Positions 31,902 to 34,337 of a stretch of 34,337 bases of DNA are shown here, piece by piece. Below the pieces are notes generated by a model, which was not told where the DNA came from, searched no databases, and worked only from the letters and a program-made list of their open reading frames with translations. The first letter of the stretch is position 1. Each line of letters starts with the position of its first letter. The position numbers and the translations under genes were made by a program. The stretch is from Octopus sinensis (taxonomy: Eukaryota): NCBI RefSeq assembly GCF_006345805.1, contig NW_021832020.1, forward strand, positions 1-34,337, written 5' to 3'.

Positions 31902-32284
31902 GAGCACTCCGTCGGTTACGACGATGAGGGTCCCAGCTGATTCGATCAACGGAACAGCTTGCTCGTGGAATTAACGTGCAAGTGGCTGAGCACTCCACAG
32001 ACACGTGTACCCTTAACGTAGTTCTCGAGGTGATTCAGCGTGACACAGAGTGTGACAAGGCTGGCCCCTTGAAAATACAGGTACAACAGAAACAGGAAGA
32101 CAATGTAAGAGAAAGTTGTGGTGAAAGGGTACAGCAGGGTTCACCACCACCCCCTGCAGGAACCTCGTGAAGCTTTAGGTGTTTTCGCTCAATAAACACT
32201 CACAATGCCCGGTCTGGGAATCGAAACCGCGATCCTACGACCGCGAGTCCGCTGCCCTAACCACTGGGCCATTGCGCCTCCACT
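31902..32284 (-). mobile_element. SINE-A, tail type 1, subfamily 2
   Basis: TSD ACTGTCTTAGAG at 31890-31901 and 32285-32296. Confidence 0.92.
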
Positions 32285-32547
32285 ACTGTCTTAGAGTAAC
32301 ATAAATGACAGCTCACAAAATCACTCCTTCAGTCTCATGTTCTACCTCATAAATACAAGATTTGCTCATTACTCTGTGTAGCAAAATGCGACACCATTTT
32401 ATGAACTAACTTTGGAAGCGTCGAATGTGCTTGCAAGCGTCGCCGTCTACTGGCAACTTTTTCCCGTCTTATAAGGGTGAAGTACCCAATCTTTTCGCTG
32501 CTTTCACTGCTGCTGTACTGTGTTCAAAATATTACTATCTTGTCTGG

Positions 32548-32932
32548 AGTGGAGGCGCAATGGCCCAGTGGTTAGGGCAGCGGACTCGCGGTCGGAGGAT
32601 CGCGGTTTCGATTCCCAGACCGGGCATTGTGAGTGTTTATTGAGCGAAAACACCTAAAAGCTCCATGAGGCTCCGGCAGGGGGTGGTGGTGGACCCTGCT
32701 GTACTCTTTCACCACAACTTTTTCTCGCTCTTTCTTCCTGTTTCTCTTGTACCTGTATTTCAAAGGGCCAGCCTTGTCACATTCTGTGTGTCACGCTGAA
32801 TCTCCTCGAGAACTACGTTAAGGGTACACGTGTCTGTGGAGTGCTCAGCCACTTATACGTTAATATCACGAGCAAGCTGTTCCGTTGATCGTATCAGCTG
32901 GGACCCTCATCGTCGCAACTGACGGAGTGCTC
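32548..32932 (+). mobile_element. SINE-A, tail type 1, subfamily 2
   Basis: TSD CTATCTTGTCTGG at 32535-32547 and 32933-32945. Confidence 0.93.
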
Positions 32933-32964
32933 CTATCTTGTCTGGTAAAATACCAAATAAGTCA

Positions 32965-33101
32965 TAGCTTGCTAACTACCACATGGTTCCGGGTTCAGTC
33001 CCACTGCGTGGCATCTTGGGCAAGTGTCTTCTGCTATAGCCCCGGGCCGACCAATGCCTTGTGAGTGGATTTGGTAGATGGAAACTGAAAGAAGCCTGTC
33101 G

Positions 33102-33134
<33 letters not shown>

Positions 33135-33353
33135 TTGTGTGCCTGTGTTTGTTCCCCTAGCATTGCTTGACAAACGATGCTGGTGTGTTTACGTCCCCGT
33201 CACTTAGCGGTTCGGCAAAAAGAGACCGATAGAATAAGTACTGGGCTTACAAAAGAATAAGTCCCGGGGTAGAGTTGCTCGACTAAAGGCGGTGCTCCAG
33301 CATGGCCGCAGTCAAATGACTGAAACAAGTAAAAGAGTAAAAGAGTAAAGAGA
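32965..33353 (+). mobile_element. SINE-B, slightly 5'-truncated
   Basis: Ends CAGTCAAATGACTGAAACAAGT(AAAAGAGT)n. Confidence 0.92.
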
Positions 33354-33615
33354 GCTTCCAGAGTTTGTTTCTAAAATGTCGTCGCATTCCAAAAGCTATT
33401 TATATTTAGCGTTGAATTCGACGGTTTTTTATTTTGAGCGGGTCGCTTAACTTAATGATGGAGGAATAAGCCGGTATCTGAGGGTATGGCTTCGAGTTCC
33501 GGAGCCGGCTGTTGTTAACTTTTTCCCGTTTTATAAGAGTAAAATATTCCATTTTTCTGCTGTTTACACGGCTATATATCGCGTTCGAAATTTCCTTTCT
33601 TGTCCGTAAAATACC

Positions 33616-33846
33616 CATTTCTTTATTACCCACAAGGGGCTAAACATAGAGGAGACAAACATGGACAGACATAGGTATTAAGTCGATTATATCGACCCCA
33701 GTGCTTAACTGGTACTTAATTTATCGACCCCGAAAGGATGAAAGGTAAAGTCGACCTCGGCGGAATTTGAATTCACAACGTAACGGCAGCCGAAATACCG
33801 CTAAGCATTTCGCCCGACGTGCTAACAATTCTGCTAGCTCGCCGCC
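33616..33846 (-). mobile_element. SINE-C monomer with 33-34-bp TSD
   Basis: CGTTCGAAATTTCCTTTCTTGTCCGTAAAATACC at 33582-33615 and 33846-33879. Confidence 0.92.
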
Positions 33847-34121
33847 GTTCGAAATTTCCTTTCTTGTCCGTAAAATACCAAATACATTCGACGCTTCCAA
33901 AGTCAGTTTACACACAAACACACACACACACACACACATACACACATATTTTAAAAGCCAACTTCAGAAGCACCGAGGATCATTTTTGCGGACAAAGAAG
34001 AAAATTTTGAAGGTAGTATAGCTGTGAGAACAGCAAAGAAAGGTTCGGTATTACCTCTTAGAAGACACTTGCTGGTACATTTTTCTTCTGACTGTAAATA
34101 CCCAGTCTTTATAGAATTGGA

Positions 34122-34337
34122 GGGGCTGTGTGTAGCTTGCTTACGAACCACATGGTCCGGGGTTCAGTCCCACTGCGTAACACCTTGGGCAAGTGTCTTC
34201 TACTAGAGCCCCGGGCCGACCAAAGCCTTGTGAGTGGATTTGGTAGACGGAAACTGAAAGAAGCCCGTCTTATATATATATGTATATTTATATATGTGTG
34301 TGTGTGTGTGTGTGTGTTTGTGTGCCTGTGCTTGTCC
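34122..34337 (+). mobile_element. SINE-B 5' half, running off the window end
   Basis: Head and CORE-like motif as in other copies. Confidence 0.88.

Overview
Repeat-dense eukaryotic DNA, most likely octopus. This is inferred from tRNA-derived SINEs resembling the described octopus SINEs, abundant (TA)/(CA)/(GATA) microsatellites and Penelope, L2-group, R4 and Helitron remnants. Host genes: one intact tRNA-Asn(GTT) at 5619-5692 and one coding exon at 11998-12470 (+). The exon aligns with exon 2 of activin/inhibin-beta, including the phase-1 intron position, but stops at the end of the prodomain with no mature cystine-knot ligand. The rest is mobile DNA: three young SINE groups (my labels A, B, C; about 35 copies, many with target-site duplications, TSDs), 5'-truncated LINEs, two non-autonomous Helitrons, two related TIR elements, minisatellites and local duplications. 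Nearly all listed ORFs are microsatellite or SINE artefacts. Main leads: (1) a possible prodomain-only activin-like gene; (2) three intact-looking and two decayed minimal hammerhead ribozymes, one capping a ~130-nt RNA rod and two forming an inverted pair; (3) a SINE forming 184-bp head-to-tail multimers through its own GGTATT site; (4) one SINE head joined to three different 3' tails. Family names come from motif recognition only; no searches or folding were run.
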